Source of the DNA: an uncultured Verrucomicrobiae bacterium
GTDB lineage: Bacteria; Verrucomicrobiota; Verrucomicrobiia; Chthoniobacterales; JAFAMB01
Direction of reading: 5' to 3'
DNA: 64,000 bases
Assembly (NCBI GenBank): GCA_963782115.1
Contig: CAWAIK010000001.1
Span: 320,001-384,000 of the forward strand
The translations under genes were made by a program, and so were the position numbers. The notes beneath the pieces were generated by a model. The model did no database searches. It saw only the letters and a program-made list of their open reading frames with translations, and was not told where the DNA came from. Positions 42,970 to 56,599 of the stretch are shown piece by piece (the stretch's first letter is position 1; every line of letters begins with the position of its first letter).

Positions 42970-43720
42970 GCATCTCAGCGCTTAAATCTAAGCCAATCTG
43001 CGGTTAGTTTGAAAATTCAGCGGCTCGAAGGTCTTCTTGATCGGAAGGTGTTTATTCGATCCCGTCATTCTCTTGAATTGACGCGGGAGGGCGATCTCGT
43101 TCTGGGTTACTCACGGCGTTTGTTGGACTTGAGCCAGGAAATGCTCCTGCTCGTTGCTCAGCCGGCTGTAGAAGGAATTTTACGACTCGGTGTTGTTCAG
43201 CAATTTGGTCCGGAGTTTCTTCCCAATCTCCTGGCCCAATTTAAACGCAGACATCCCAATGTCTGCCTTACTGTCGAAGTTGGAATGACCCCCGACTTGC
43301 TTCTCGCGCTGGAGGCTGATCAACTCGACTTGGTGTTGGGCTTGGCCGGGTGTACGCCAGGCCCAGGAGCCAAAATCAATGCTTTTACAGAAGATCGTAT
43401 CGTCCTGCGCGAACCCTTAGTTTGGGTCGAGGGGGCACAATCTTCGATCGATCCCAAGAAGGATCCGGTTCCTCTGATACTGTTTGCTGCGCCCTGTTCG
43501 TTTCGAAAACTTGCAACTGAGCTCATGGAGAAAGCAGGGCGTCCCTGGCAAAGAGTCTATTCCAGCGCCAGCCTCGCTTCGATCCAGGCCGCCGTGCAGG
43601 CTGAATTAGGCATTTCCATCTTGGGTAAATCATCAGTTCTCTCCGGCATGTGCGTCATCAGTCCCAGGGCAGGGCTTCCCGCTCTGCCGGATAGCGCCCT
43701 CGCCTTATCCGTGAGCAGTG
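42970..43720 (+). pseudogene. LysR regulator lacking its extreme N- and C-termini
   Basis: RLNLSQSAVSLKIQRLE, LT.EG, LRLG, F...HP.V; fused to the MDR fragment. Confidence 0.8.
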
Positions 43721-43761
43721 AAACTCTCGCGCGAAGCGCCCACTCGTTTGGCCGACGATGC

Positions 43762-44864
43762 TATTGGTCATTTCAAAATTTAAGTGATATTTATCTTTTC
43801 AAAATGAAGGAGTTGTTCTACATCTTGTGGTATGCCCCGGGATGGGAGGAGGTTACCGCACAATATATTGGAGGAGATGCGCTTTCGTGCTATCGAAGCA
43901 CACCAAGCGGGGAAGGGTGTCGCGGAGATCGCGAAACTGCTGGGTGTACATTGGGGCAGTGTATCACGTTGGCTTACAAAATGGCGTCGGGGTGGACAGA
44001 GGGCTCTTAAGGAACGCAAGGCGACAGGCAGGCCGCCCAAATTGGATTGCGAGCGAGACGGCAAAGCGATTCTAAAGTTGGTGAAACACCCGGCCACTGG
44101 ATATGGTTATGAGCATCCGCTTTGGACCTGTCAGCGTATTAGGCAAGTTATCAGCGTTGAGTTGAATCTGGTTGTGTCTGTCCCTACGCTCTGGAGGGAA
44201 CTCAAGAAACTAAAGCTCAGTTGTCAAAAACCTGAACGGCGTGCGCTGGAACAAGATCCTGAAGCGCGCGCTCGATGGATCACGACCGAATGGCCTCGGA
44301 TCAAGCGTCTGGCCAGGAAGCAGCGCGCGCTACTCTTCTTCGAAAACCAGTCGGTGGTTCGATTGACTCCAACCGTGGGCAGAACCTGGGCACCGGTGGG
44401 AAAGACTCCGATAGTTCGCGTTACTGGCAAGCGAGCCAGCGTACTAAGTCATGAGCGCGCTGAGCCTGCAAGGTCGATTGTTTTTCAAGATTCCATCGGA
44501 GAAAGTCAATGCCACAGTATTCATTGACTTCCTCAAAGAGTTGCTCGCTGAATATCCGAAACGAAAGATCTTTGTGATTGCCGATCAGGCAAGTCCACAC
44601 ATCGCCAAAAGTGTAAAGGCTTTCCTCGCCGGCCAGAAAAGGCTAAAGTTGTTTTACCTGCCGGCGTACTCGCCGGATTTCAATCCGGATGAGGAAGTTT
44701 GGAGTCATTTGAAATCGCAGGAATTGAAGGCGCACCAAGCAACTAACAAAGAAGAACTGATCAAAAAGACCCATGAGGCATTAAAGAGAATGGCGAAACG
44801 CCCGGCCCTGATTCGGTCCTTTTTTAAACGCTGTAACATCACCTAAATTATGAAAAGACCAATA
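43762..44864 (+). mobile_element. IS630-family element, probably inactive
   Basis: Inverted ends TATTGGTCATTTCAAAATTTAAGTGA / TCACCTAAATTATGAAAAGACCAATA including the TA target; transposase 43832-44846 split by a frameshift; LPAYSPDFNPDE motif. Confidence 0.92.
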
Positions 44865-44999
44865 TCCGCCGAGAAATTGATCTTCCCTATCGAACTGAGC
44901 CCGCGGAAGACCGCTAGGTGTCATCCTAACGATGCCGGAGGACCTTCCACGGCTATCCTGACCGTCAACCAGATTTCCCAGCTCAGTCGTGCCGAATCC

Positions 45000-45217
45000 C
45001 AGCCGACGCGCGCTTGCTGATTTTCAGCGACGGCGTCTTTGAAATCTTCCGCGATGAAGGTGCCGTATGGAATCTGGATGCTTGCATCGCGCATATGGCA
45101 GCCCTGGCCGAACGGCAGGGAAGCCTTATGGATGAACTTTTGGATCATGTTTACCACCTTCGCGGATCGGCTCGCCTGGACGACGACTTCTCCATCATTG
45201 AGGCTTTGTTCCATTAA
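45000..45217 (+). pseudogene. PP2C/SpoIIE phosphatase C-terminal fragment
   Basis: LLIFSDGVFE ... LDDDFSII. Confidence 0.75.
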
Positions 45218-45491
45218 GGGATCGTAAGCCCAAATCGCAAAGCAGGAGTCAATCACAGGCAGCAACGGCCATTTCAATTACCAATTGCTCGTTCATCCAG
45301 GTGGAACGTCCCATAAGGCATGACGTGGCCGTAAATGAGCTGCAGCCGCCGCACATCACCGATCAGCCGATCATCGCGAGAATGAAGCGCATCTGCATCG
45401 AGCCCGGCAAGAGTTTCGACCTCCCGCTTTTGCGCGTTACGGGAGTCGCTGCCCGACGAGCGCTGCGTTCTGCTGGACCGATTCCAGAGTC

Positions 45492-45962
45492 ATGATGGCC
45501 GACATCGACGATCCTCTGTTCCTCCAGGTCAAGGAGGCCGGACCGTCCGTCCTGGAGCCCTATGCGGGTAAGAGTATTTATGCGAACCATGGTCAGCGGT
45601 TTGTGAACGGCCTGAGGCTGATGCAGTCGGTCAGCGACCTGTTTCTCGGGTGGACCGAGGCCGCGAGGGCCGCCACTTCTACGTCCGGCAACTGCATGAC
45701 ATTGAAGATCAAGCTTTTGGTCGAGATGTTCACACTCAGCGTGATAGCCCAATACGCGGAGTATTGCGGTTGGGCGTTGGCACGGGCAGACGCCTGGGCC
45801 GGCCAACCGACTCTGATTGCAGGCTATCTGGGTAAGGGCGATCAGTTTGATGAGGCAGTAGCCGACGTCGCGATTGCATATGCGGAGCAGAACGAGCGCG
45901 ATTATAAGCCGCTGGTGCGCGCGGCCCAGCAAGGCCGTATCGAAGTGTACACCAAAAGCTAA
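45492..45962 (+). pseudogene. DUF2252 C-terminal fragment, preceded by a short DUF1254-like piece (45330-45420)
   Basis: DPLFLQVKEA, RLMQS.SDLFLGW, FYVRQL (frameshifted), CGWALARA, IAGYLG. Confidence 0.8.
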
Positions 45963-46129
45963 GGATTTGGTACGAGGATACACAAAAGGAATCGTGAATT
46001 AACCATTTTGGCTTTCAGAACCACACAGCTTCCAGAACCACACACTGTATGATAACTAAGACCCGGTAGACGCTCGTCGATGAACCCACGCAAATGTGCG
46101 GCGCGCTCTGACACTCTCTTTCCCGTTCC

Positions 46130-48505
46130 ATGTACTCAATAACGCGAATCGTTTTGTTTATTAGCCTGGTTTTGGTTTCCAGCGGCGTCACGGCGCCAGG
46201 CGGCCAACAAGCTTCTGCCTCACTGGCGAAGCAGAATCCGGCGCCCACCCCTATCCCCTTAGCCAAGGTACCTTTGGAAGCGCAGTCCGCGTTTGCTTCT
46301 CTCCAAGAAATCGATGCGAATGTGTCGGGGGATCAGTCAAGCGCGGACGGCATCGCCCGCACTGTCTCGGTCCTGACAAGTGAAATCGATGCAAGAATCG
46401 CTGACGACACGAGGCTCCTGACGACGAGTCCGTCCCTCGACATGCTTTACCCGCTCAAGCTGACCTGGCAAATTTTAAGCGTTCGTTTGTCGGTACCAGA
46501 CGGCGAGCTGACACGGCATGCCACAAGCCTGGAAGAGCAACTCGCGCGTCTGGATCATTTGAACAAGACCTGGCAGGCAACACTCCAATCGGCGAAACAG
46601 CCCGAAACGCCCTCTCCAGTCTTGCAGCGGGTGCAGAGTGTCGTCGATTCTGTTGAGCGAACGCGACATGCAGCCGATTCTGCCCGAGAAAATGTTTTGA
46701 CGTTGCAGAGCCGCCTTTCCGAGGAGGAAGCCCGTGTGCGAACAGCTCTGTCTTTAATCGAGCGGGCAGAAAAGCGAGCATTGCAAGATATTTTTGTCAG
46801 GAACAGCCCACCCATCTGGAGCCTTAAGACCAGTCTGGGCACAGAGTGGCACGAGAGAAGTGGCGAGTCGTTTTCTTCGCAACTGAAAACATCCACCGCG
46901 TTCACTAAACGGCTCCCTTTTACGTTCCTGATCCACGCTCTTTTCATTGTGCTGATGGCTACCGCGCTTCATTGGATGCGGCGCAGAATTCGAAAACTAG
47001 CGGAGGAAAAGCCGGATCTGCAGAGCACTCTGCCCACCCTCGATCTCCCCGTCTCAACAGCCTTCGCACTTTCAATGCTGCTCGTACCCTCAATCTATGC
47101 GGAAGCTCCCCGCTTGATCCATGCAGTCATGGGAGCCGTAACGCTCATCCCAACCGCAATGATTCTCCGACGACTACTGACACGTAACTCGTATCCAATC
47201 CTCAATGCGATCGTCATCATGTATTTCGTCGGTCAACTCCGAATACTCGCCGCGTCTCTACCGATGTTGGCCAGGTTCATATTTCTTGGCCAAGTGCTGG
47301 GCGCGATTGTCTTTCTTGTCTGGATTCTACGGAGCTGGCACCTATCGACGGAAGCCGCTGAAACCCACGGCCGCGTTTCGCGAACAATCCGAGCGATTGC
47401 CAAAATCGGGCTTATTCTTTTGCCGGCGACGTTCCTGGCAAATATTTGCGGATACGTCAACCTGGGGAACCTTTTGGGAATCGTTTTTCTCAGGAGCGTT
47501 TACATCGCGGCTGTGCTCTACGCCGTCATTCGGATCATTGAAGGATTGATTGTTATTGCGCTGCAGGTCCGCCCACTTGGCTCGTTGCGGGTTATTAGTC
47601 TGCATCGGCCCATGCTTCAGCGGCGGACCTGCGGCGTACTCGAGTTTTTGGCCTTTTTGTTCTGGTTTAACCTGCTGCTGAACTTTTTGGGTCTACGAGC
47701 TCCGTTTATCGCGGCGACTGAAGCGGCGCTGAACGCGAACCTCGCAGTCGGCTCGTTCAACATTACTCCGGGCCACATCCTGGCATTCCTGATCACGGTT
47801 TGGGCTTCTTTTCTGGTCTCGAAATTCTTGCGTTTTTTGCTGGAAGAAGACGTTTATCATCATTTGCATCTCGCACCCGGCATTCCGTACGCGATCTCTG
47901 CGATGCTTCACTATCTAATCCTGCTCTTAGGCTTATTCGTCGCCTTGGGCGCGCTCGGTATTGATCTGACAAAGGTTACTATCCTGGCCGGAGCATTCAC
48001 CGTGGGCATCGGATTTGGATTACAAAATGTGATCAATAATTTTGTGTCCGGAGTGATTCTGCTTTTTGAACGTCCGATCAAAGTCGGTGACGTCATCGAG
48101 GTAGGTGGCAACGTTGGAGAGGTCAGCCGCATCGGCATTCGCGCCACTGTCATTCGCACCGCGGACGGTTCGGAAGTCATCGTGCCGAATGGATCGCTTA
48201 TCTCGGGTCAAGTGACTAACTGGACCTTTTCAGATCGCAAGCGCGCGGTCGAAGTCTCAATCAGCGTGATCGGAGGCGCCGATCACCAACGTGTGGTCGA
48301 AGTGTTGAAAAGTACTGCCGCTGCTCATCCTGGTGTAGCAAAAGAACCATCGCCGCAAGTCTATGTGGTCAACTTCAGCTCCGGCGCGGTAACCTTTCAA
48401 CTTCGAGCTTGGACGGATCGCAATGAGGAGTGGGCTCAGCTGCGAAGCGATCTTTCAGTCGCTGTGAACGATGCCTTGGCCCGCGAGAAAATAGCGATCG
48501 CATAA
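46130..48505 (+). CDS. Large mechanosensitive channel (MscK/KefA-like)
   Basis: Signal peptide, periplasmic coiled coil, many TMs, VGIGFGLQN..NNFVSG.ILLFERPIKVGD. Confidence 0.92.
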   Translation: MYSITRIVLFISLVLVSSGVTAPGGQQASASLAKQNPAPTPIPLAKVPLEAQSAFASLQEIDANVSGDQSSADGIARTVSVLTSEIDARIADDTRLLTTSPSLDMLYPLKLTWQILSVRLSVPDGELTRHATSLEEQLARLDHLNKTWQATLQSAKQPETPSPVLQRVQSVVDSVERTRHAADSARENVLTLQSRLSEEEARVRTALSLIERAEKRALQDIFVRNSPPIWSLKTSLGTEWHERSGESFSSQLKTSTAFTKRLPFTFLIHALFIVLMATALHWMRRRIRKLAEEKPDLQSTLPTLDLPVSTAFALSMLLVPSIYAEAPRLIHAVMGAVTLIPTAMILRRLLTRNSYPILNAIVIMYFVGQLRILAASLPMLARFIFLGQVLGAIVFLVWILRSWHLSTEAAETHGRVSRTIRAIAKIGLILLPATFLANICGYVNLGNLLGIVFLRSVYIAAVLYAVIRIIEGLIVIALQVRPLGSLRVISLHRPMLQRRTCGVLEFLAFLFWFNLLLNFLGLRAPFIAATEAALNANLAVGSFNITPGHILAFLITVWASFLVSKFLRFLLEEDVYHHLHLAPGIPYAISAMLHYLILLLGLFVALGALGIDLTKVTILAGAFTVGIGFGLQNVINNFVSGVILLFERPIKVGDVIEVGGNVGEVSRIGIRATVIRTADGSEVIVPNGSLISGQVTNWTFSDRKRAVEVSISVIGGADHQRVVEVLKSTAAAHPGVAKEPSPQVYVVNFSSGAVTFQLRAWTDRNEEWAQLRSDLSVAVNDALAREKIAIA

Positions 48506-48753
48506 GCCCCAGGCTTAGAAGCTGGAATTGAGCGACACCATGCTCCTTTAGGTGAATGATAAATCAGTGCAGATGGCAATTTGCTCAACCCACGAGTCCT
48601 TTGTTGAAGATTGACTGGCGTCCATGAAAATATCACTTCATCTGACGGGCAGCGTTTCCGAGCGGGAGGTCGCGGCGAGGAGCTAATTGTAAACAGTTCG
48701 AGAGAAGACTACAATTGAGCACGCAGGAGATCATCAGAGAGCTGTATTTACGG

Positions 48754-49395
48754 CTACCTCTCCATGTTCTTCAAGGCATCATTGAGAGCGATTTCTGGGG
48801 TGGCTCCGCCGTTTGTGGCGATCTCGAAAGCAGCCCTCATCGAAGTCCAGAATTTGCCCATTTGCGGAATGTTCGGCATCACAACCCCGTTTTCAGCGTT
48901 CTCGTAAGTTACTTTGATTAGATGGTTCTTGGTGGCCATCTCGTCACAGAGGGTTTTAAGTGCCGGAACGCAAACCCGCTGTTTGTGTGTCACGGCATCC
49001 CAAGACATCGGTAGGTACTTCGCCTTGAATTCGTCTTTGATATCCAGCGGTTTTAGCAAACCTGAATCGGCCCATTCTCCGATACGATCATTCGCCCAAA
49101 AGAATATATCCGGGCCTTTGCCGCTCTGGGCGGCAGCCTGAAATTTGTCGATGATTTTCTCTTGGGTCTCTACTTTGACCGGAGCTCCGACCTCTTCTTC
49201 GAAGGTTTTGCCGATATCGCTTAGTGCGTGAAAAGCTCGATTACTACCTATCCAGATCAGGAGTTCTCCATCGGTCCAGGCAAATGCCTGAGCAGCAGAG
49301 AAAAGTACGAAGATAAGGCAGAGAGACTTTTTACTGGTTCCTGCCGCGCGGGAAACTATCGCCTGTACCCAGAGACCGAGGGGTTTTCTATTCAT
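48754..49395 (-). pseudogene. malE: malE paralog with a large in-frame internal deletion
   Basis: N-terminal GKGPDIFFWANDRIGEW joined directly to C-terminal VPAL...VMPNIPQMGKFW. Confidence 0.85.
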
Positions 49396-49552
49396 AAGGG
49401 GTTAAATTCCAACAAAGGTACGTAAAGTCCCACACAGTTTACTACAAGTTCCGGTGACTGAAGCACATAACGCGGTTCGGCAGCCCTCAAATTTTTGACC
49501 TCCATAGAGGGTCAATTTTCTTAAACCCTTAGGCTTGAATTGCCGAAACTTT

Positions 49553-49963
49553 ATGTCCAATCCAACTCATCCGCCAGAAGGTGAACCAGTAATTCGCGCG
49601 ATCGCTATGCCCGCCGATACCAACCCGGCCGGAGATATCTTTGGGGGGTGGTTAATGTCGCAGATGGATCTTGCCGGGGCTAACGCTGCAGTCCATCGGG
49701 CGCGCGGGCGCTGCGTCACTGTCGCAGTGGATGGCATGGTTTTTCATGAACCAGTATATGTCGGAGACGAAGTCAGTCTATACGCGGGCATTTTGCGGGT
49801 CGGCAAAACATCCATGACTGTTCGAATTGAGGCATGGCGGCGCAGTCGCACCGCAGAGTCCAAGCACAAGGTTACGGAGGCTACGTTCACGTTCGTCGCC
49901 GTCGACGAGGATAGGAAACAGCTCGTGATAAGAACAAGTTGCGGCGCCGTTGCACGTCACTGA
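49553..49963 (+). CDS. Acyl-CoA thioesterase (YciA-like); C-terminus may be altered
   Basis: AMPADTNPAGDIFGGWLMSQMDLAG, VTEATFTFVAVD. Confidence 0.85.
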   Translation: MSNPTHPPEGEPVIRAIAMPADTNPAGDIFGGWLMSQMDLAGANAAVHRARGRCVTVAVDGMVFHEPVYVGDEVSLYAGILRVGKTSMTVRIEAWRRSRTAESKHKVTEATFTFVAVDEDRKQLVIRTSCGAVARH

Positions 49964-50289
49964 AGCAAAAAAGAACCGATTGAGTAAGCCCCAAAATTAA
50001 CCGACTAAACAAGAGACACTTTTGGGAGCCGTATGAGCCGATCAAAGGCGCCATCTGACTCACCGGAAAAGGAGTGCTAGCCGTGGATCCGGCTCGGGAT
50101 GTCAAGACCGAGAGATTTTCGCGGACTGAAGGCGAAGTTAAAACGCTGCCGGACGCACGTCGGCCATTCTAATTTACGCTTTTGCATTGTTTCTCCTTTC
50201 AACTCTTTGGGACTGAACCACCTCGTATCGAATCCAGAGCGCATCATGACCGCGCTGCTCTACGGATTTGAGCCGGAGGGGAACGGCCG

Positions 50290-50538
50290 TTTTTCTTGAA
50301 GGACTCACACCGTCGAAGACGGCAGGAATGTCGTGGCGTCCGTCGATGCCAGGGACACCAGAAGGCTCACCTCATCAACCAGATCGGCCTCCAGCAAGGC
50401 GCCGTTGATGTGGCTGCCTCCTTCGAGAAGCAGAGTGCGAATTCCGAAGTGCTCTCCGAGCTGGTTTACGGCATCAGTGAGATCGACAGAGGACTTTCCG
50501 GAGACGACGTAGGAGATTCCCTTCTCGCGGAGCATGGC
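50290..50538 (-). pseudogene. RibD C-terminal reductase fragment
   Basis: LREKGISY, FGIRTLLLEGG..ING.LL..DLVDEVSL. Confidence 0.75.
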
Positions 50539-50683
50539 TTGGGGTCAGTAGGTTCAAGCAATCAATAGGAAACCCAGGTTTCCGTAACGCCATCCTATCT
50601 TGCCTCGGGTGTCTACGCGTCCCCAAAGCCGGACGCTCGCCCCTCAGGAAGAGACCACGGCGCGCCGCTCGGTCAAGAGTGAC

Positions 50684-51447
50684 GCGAATCCGGCATATAG
50701 CGCCAAGAAAATCCAGAAAGAAAGGAAACGATGAGCTAATCAAAGTGGAAATTCTTTGCAGGAACCCAGCGGGACCTGAGGCCCGCCCGGAAAAGGTGGC
50801 AACCGTCCGGAAGTAAGCATTGGAGAGTCGTCAGAGATGGCGGCATCAAGCGTATGCAGTGAGCACAAAAGCCGTGTGATTGAGCCTCGAAATATTCAGA
50901 TCGCTGGAGCTTTCGTTTTTATGTCCACGGGAGCAGCACCAGAGCGTCAAATGCCTAACGCAATGGTCCGGCCGGGGTCTAAGAGTAGGGCAAATGTGCG
51001 CAAGGGTTCCCTGGGAACTTGGGAGATCCTCCTGTCTCCTCTTCTACTAAACCAGAAAAGGGACGACACTGGTAGAACAACGACCTGGCACACCGGAACT
51101 GACTTAGCGGCTGGTGTGAGCAAACGAGCTAAGCACCAAGAGGTATTAACGGCCGAACGCAATGAGGCCGTTGAAAAGGACAGAGGAAGTCGTAGCGCCC
51201 TCATAGTAGCGCCAGAAAGCAGGGAAACCGACCCGCGGAAGCTTGTGAGTAGCCAAGGGGGGCGTCGGTTTACGGAACTGCCACTGGGAAACACGGGATG
51301 AACTCAGAGTCGTCAACAAACGTGTTAACGCGACAGTGGCGGATAGTAACGGGTAGCAAAACCGTAAATCCGAGGAACCGGATGCCCGAAATGGGCGCGT
51401 CCGGATCTGTGGGGGCGCCTTTGGAGGAATCCGGGGCGCTACCCGGC
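50684..51447 (+). ncRNA. ORF-less group II intron (bacterial class E/F-like)
   Basis: D5 GAACCGGATGCCCGAAATGGGCGCGTCCGGATC (51375-51407); D6 ending GCTACCCGGC; D1 motifs (GTGATTGAGCCTCGAAA, CCGGGGTCTAAGA, GGAACTTGGGAGATCC); D3 CTCATAGTAGC; 5' end GCGAATCCGG is non-canonical. Confidence 0.88.
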
Positions 51448-51559
51448 AACGGCCCTCCTCCCCCGTCTACGATTCGCTCGCGGGGTCCCCTCCAAAATTT
51501 ATTCCGTTTCGCCGCTTCGCGCTCTTGACCGTCCGGCTTGGTTCGCCGTGGTCACGGCT

Positions 51560-51691
51560 TCGATACAGGTCCGTAAACGACCGGGCTACTTGAAGCTTGT
51601 TCACAGCAATTACCTGATTTACTACCGGATCAAAGAAGAAGAGAAGGTTGTCGAAGTACTCCGGTTTGTTCACGGCGCGCAGATTCGTTAA
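51560..51691 (+). pseudogene. RelE/ParE toxin C-terminal fragment
   Basis: Manual translation LKLVHSNYLIYYRIKEEEKVVEVLRFVHGAQIR*. Confidence 0.7.
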
Positions 51692-51815
51692 GATACCATC
51701 GGGACAACGTTAGCGGCTAGAACCGTTGGAAAGATATTCCAGTAGCGCTCGGCCTCACCCGGCGTCACGACCTCGCGGTAATGATTAAAGACCGTGTGAC
51801 GCGAAACATGTCCTA

Positions 51816-54199
<2,384 letters not shown>

Positions 54200-54245
54200 T
54201 AACTAAACATGCTCCCCACCCCGACCGCGTAGTTGTTCGTGCTAA

Positions 54246-54365
54246 CTAGATTCGAGCCGCCCAGACGATGGGCGTGAGTTCAGCGATCCGATTGATCGGG
54301 AAGGTCGCTAAACCCGGCAATACAGAGCTCAAGTATTCGCGAACGGAACTTTGAGTCGCCGGCAG
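54246..54365 (-). mobile_element. IS66 TnpC C-terminal remnant
   Basis: VREYLSSVLPGLA.FPINRIAELTP.VWA. Confidence 0.7.
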
Positions 54366-54753
54366 GTTTCGACAACCGAGACGATAGCTGCGACGCGTGG
54401 GGCGCCGGCTTCCTCGCTGCCAATGTGGATCCAATTCTTTCCAAGGGCGACCGGACATGGCATTCTCGGCGCAATTGTTACTCGACTACAGCTCGGCATA
54501 TTCCAAGAACCGGGTCAGCCGTGACGCCGCTTCCGCCGGCTTCGACAATCGACACCGTTTGCGGGAATCCTGACTCAAGAAGAGCGGCACCGCATTCTCG
54601 AGAAACATGAATCGGTCAGGAGTTTGAGCACATCATCAATCACCAACTCTCTCTTCTTCTAGAAGCGTTTGAAGCTGCTGCCGAAGAAGGGGCGTGGTGA
54701 AGCTGAAATTGCTCCTTCTAGATCGAATGTGTTGTCACGTCGTAACACTTAAG

Positions 54754-54773
54754 TGGTCGGAGAGACAAGGATT
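54754..54773 (-). other. tRNA-Pro-like 3' end fragment (possible att relic)
   Basis: Minus strand AATCCTTGTCTCTCCGACCA resembles a tRNA-Pro 3' end, with one extra T. Confidence 0.35.
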
Positions 54774-55022
54774 GTGAGACAATCATTTTTCTCGGGATGT
54801 CAACACGTCAAATGCGTCGGGTACCGCCCGATCCAGGGTGACTCGTCTGCTGATTAGTTTTTCCGCAGGCAGTTTTCCTGCATCGATCAAACCGATGATC
54901 TCCGGCCTGGAATGATATCAGCCTATGCTACAATAAAATTCATATTTCTTCTCCGATGCTATGGAGCGCTCAGGTTAGTCTGGGGGGAACCAGGATTTTA
55001 TTATGATTCATAAACAGACTAT

Positions 55023-55214
55023 TCAGGGTGCGGCCTGAAGTACGTACGACCGCTTCCCATTGAATGGTCTGGCCTGAGAATCGTGCTTGTTCTGATCCGG
55101 CAATCTTAGCGCTTGAAGATCAAACGCCTCAAATTTGACCGGTTCTGGAACACTTACTTTCTGTTGTCGATACATGTTACCAGTAGCGATCAATGCAATG
55201 AATAACGTTTCCAT
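55023..55214 (-). CDS. Small hypothetical protein, 63 aa
   Basis: ATG preceded by an A-rich leader; follows a second small ORF with the same start context. Confidence 0.4.
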   Translation of the reverse strand: METLFIALIATGNMYRQQKVSVPEPVKFEAFDLQALRLPDQNKHDSQARPFNGKRSYVLQAAP

Positions 55215-55305
55215 TGTTTGTTTTCAATTGGTTGTGTTGCAGTAAATAGCGCAACAATATTTTAGATGGACCTTGATTTGTTGTTATCGCTTTGGCGCCA
55301 GACGA

Positions 55306-55407
55306 TTATTTTCGAGTGGCGAAATAGGTCGCGATTATTCGCGGAGCTAACACGAGAGCGATAGCCGCCACTACAAAAGCGACGTCGTGAATGTGAATAG
55401 TTTCCAT
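55306..55407 (-). CDS. 33-aa single-TM small protein
   Basis: Manual translation METIHIHDVAFVVAAIALVLAPRIIATYFATRK; purine-rich leader AAAGAGAAAGACA. Confidence 0.5.
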   Translation of the reverse strand: METIHIHDVAFVVAAIALVLAPRIIATYFATRK

Positions 55408-55712
55408 TGTCTTTCTCTTTATCCGGTTTAGTGGGTATTAACTGTGAGAGTCAGAATCTAGACATCCCTTATGGGATTTTCATTTCTGTTTCTCTCAGCA
55501 TTCTGGACTCATCGCCCCTAATCGGGACGCCTTCCGGAATGCCCAGAGAATCCTTGCATTTAGGACAAGGCTTAGCTGCTCACGTTGGGTGGCCCCTGCC
55601 ACCAATTCCGTTTAACCGTTGCAATGTAGTAGTCGCTTGCACGGTTCAATCTTCGCGCCTGGAGCACGATTAATCCAATGGCACTATTTCATTACGGTGA
55701 TAACTTTCGGCT

Positions 55713-56587
55713 ATGGATAGCCGCGAAGTCCGTTCCTTTTTGGCTCTGGCCGGGCAATCGCATTTCGGCCGGACCGCCCGCCTGCTAAACCTCAGCCAGC
55801 CCGCCCTGACTAAAGAAATCCGGCGGCTGGAAGAAGACTTGGGCGGTCCATTATTAGTGCGCGGCCGTCACGGCGCGCAGCTAACATCCCTCGGCCGTCT
55901 ATTTCAGGCCAAGGCACTCGATGTCGTCCGCGATTGGGATGATCTGCTGGCGCACACCCGACGCGTCGCTCGCGGTGAAGCCGGACGTCTGCGCCTGGGT
56001 TTCGGCATGCACACGTTCGAGCTGGTCCCAGGGCGATTGTCCGGTTCCGCAAAAGCCTGCCGGACGTCGATGTCTCTCTGCGCGACATGTCCACGTTCGA
56101 ACAGATAGAGGCGCTGCACGCGGAAAGAATGGACCTTGGATTCATTCGCCTTGGCCCGGTCAAAAAGCTCTCCATTTTGCCGCTCACGCAGGATCGGATG
56201 ATGCTCGTCACCAGTCAGGCCGCCGACTACTCGGTGACAGATGATCTTTCTGCGGTACGTCACGAACCCTTCGTGCTGATATCCCGCCAACGTTCACCCA
56301 CCTTTCATCAGCACGCGTTGAATCTCTGCTCCAAATACGGTTTCCGCCCGCGAATAGTGCAGGAGGTTCCCGAAGTGACGACCGTGCTGGCCCTGGTGAA
56401 AGCCGGCCTCGGTGTTTCCGTGATCCCTGAATCTTTTGGCATCAACCGTTTCCAGGGCATCCGCGTCCATCATTTAACTGACAAAGCCGCCGCGTGGACA
56501 GTAGCCGCCGCCTGGCGCAAAGACGACCCCAACCCCCTGATCCAAGGGTTCCTTGCCCTCTTGAAAACGGTTCTGGTGCAAACTTGA
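55713..56587 (+). pseudogene. LysR regulator with one frameshift near 56030
   Basis: HTH HFGRTA.LLNLSQPALTK in one frame; substrate domain GFRPRIVQE...LVKAGLGVS in the next. Confidence 0.85.
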
Positions 56588-56599
56588 GAAGCTGACCCC

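Noticed and set aside
42862..44010. 382-aa ORF as an intact LysR
   Set aside because: It reads through antisense MDR sequence, a LysR fragment and the IS630 left end
50837..51528. ORFs 50837-51301, 50947-51294 and 51298-51528 as proteins or an RT
   Set aside because: They overlie the intron RNA structure and have no YADD or other RT motif
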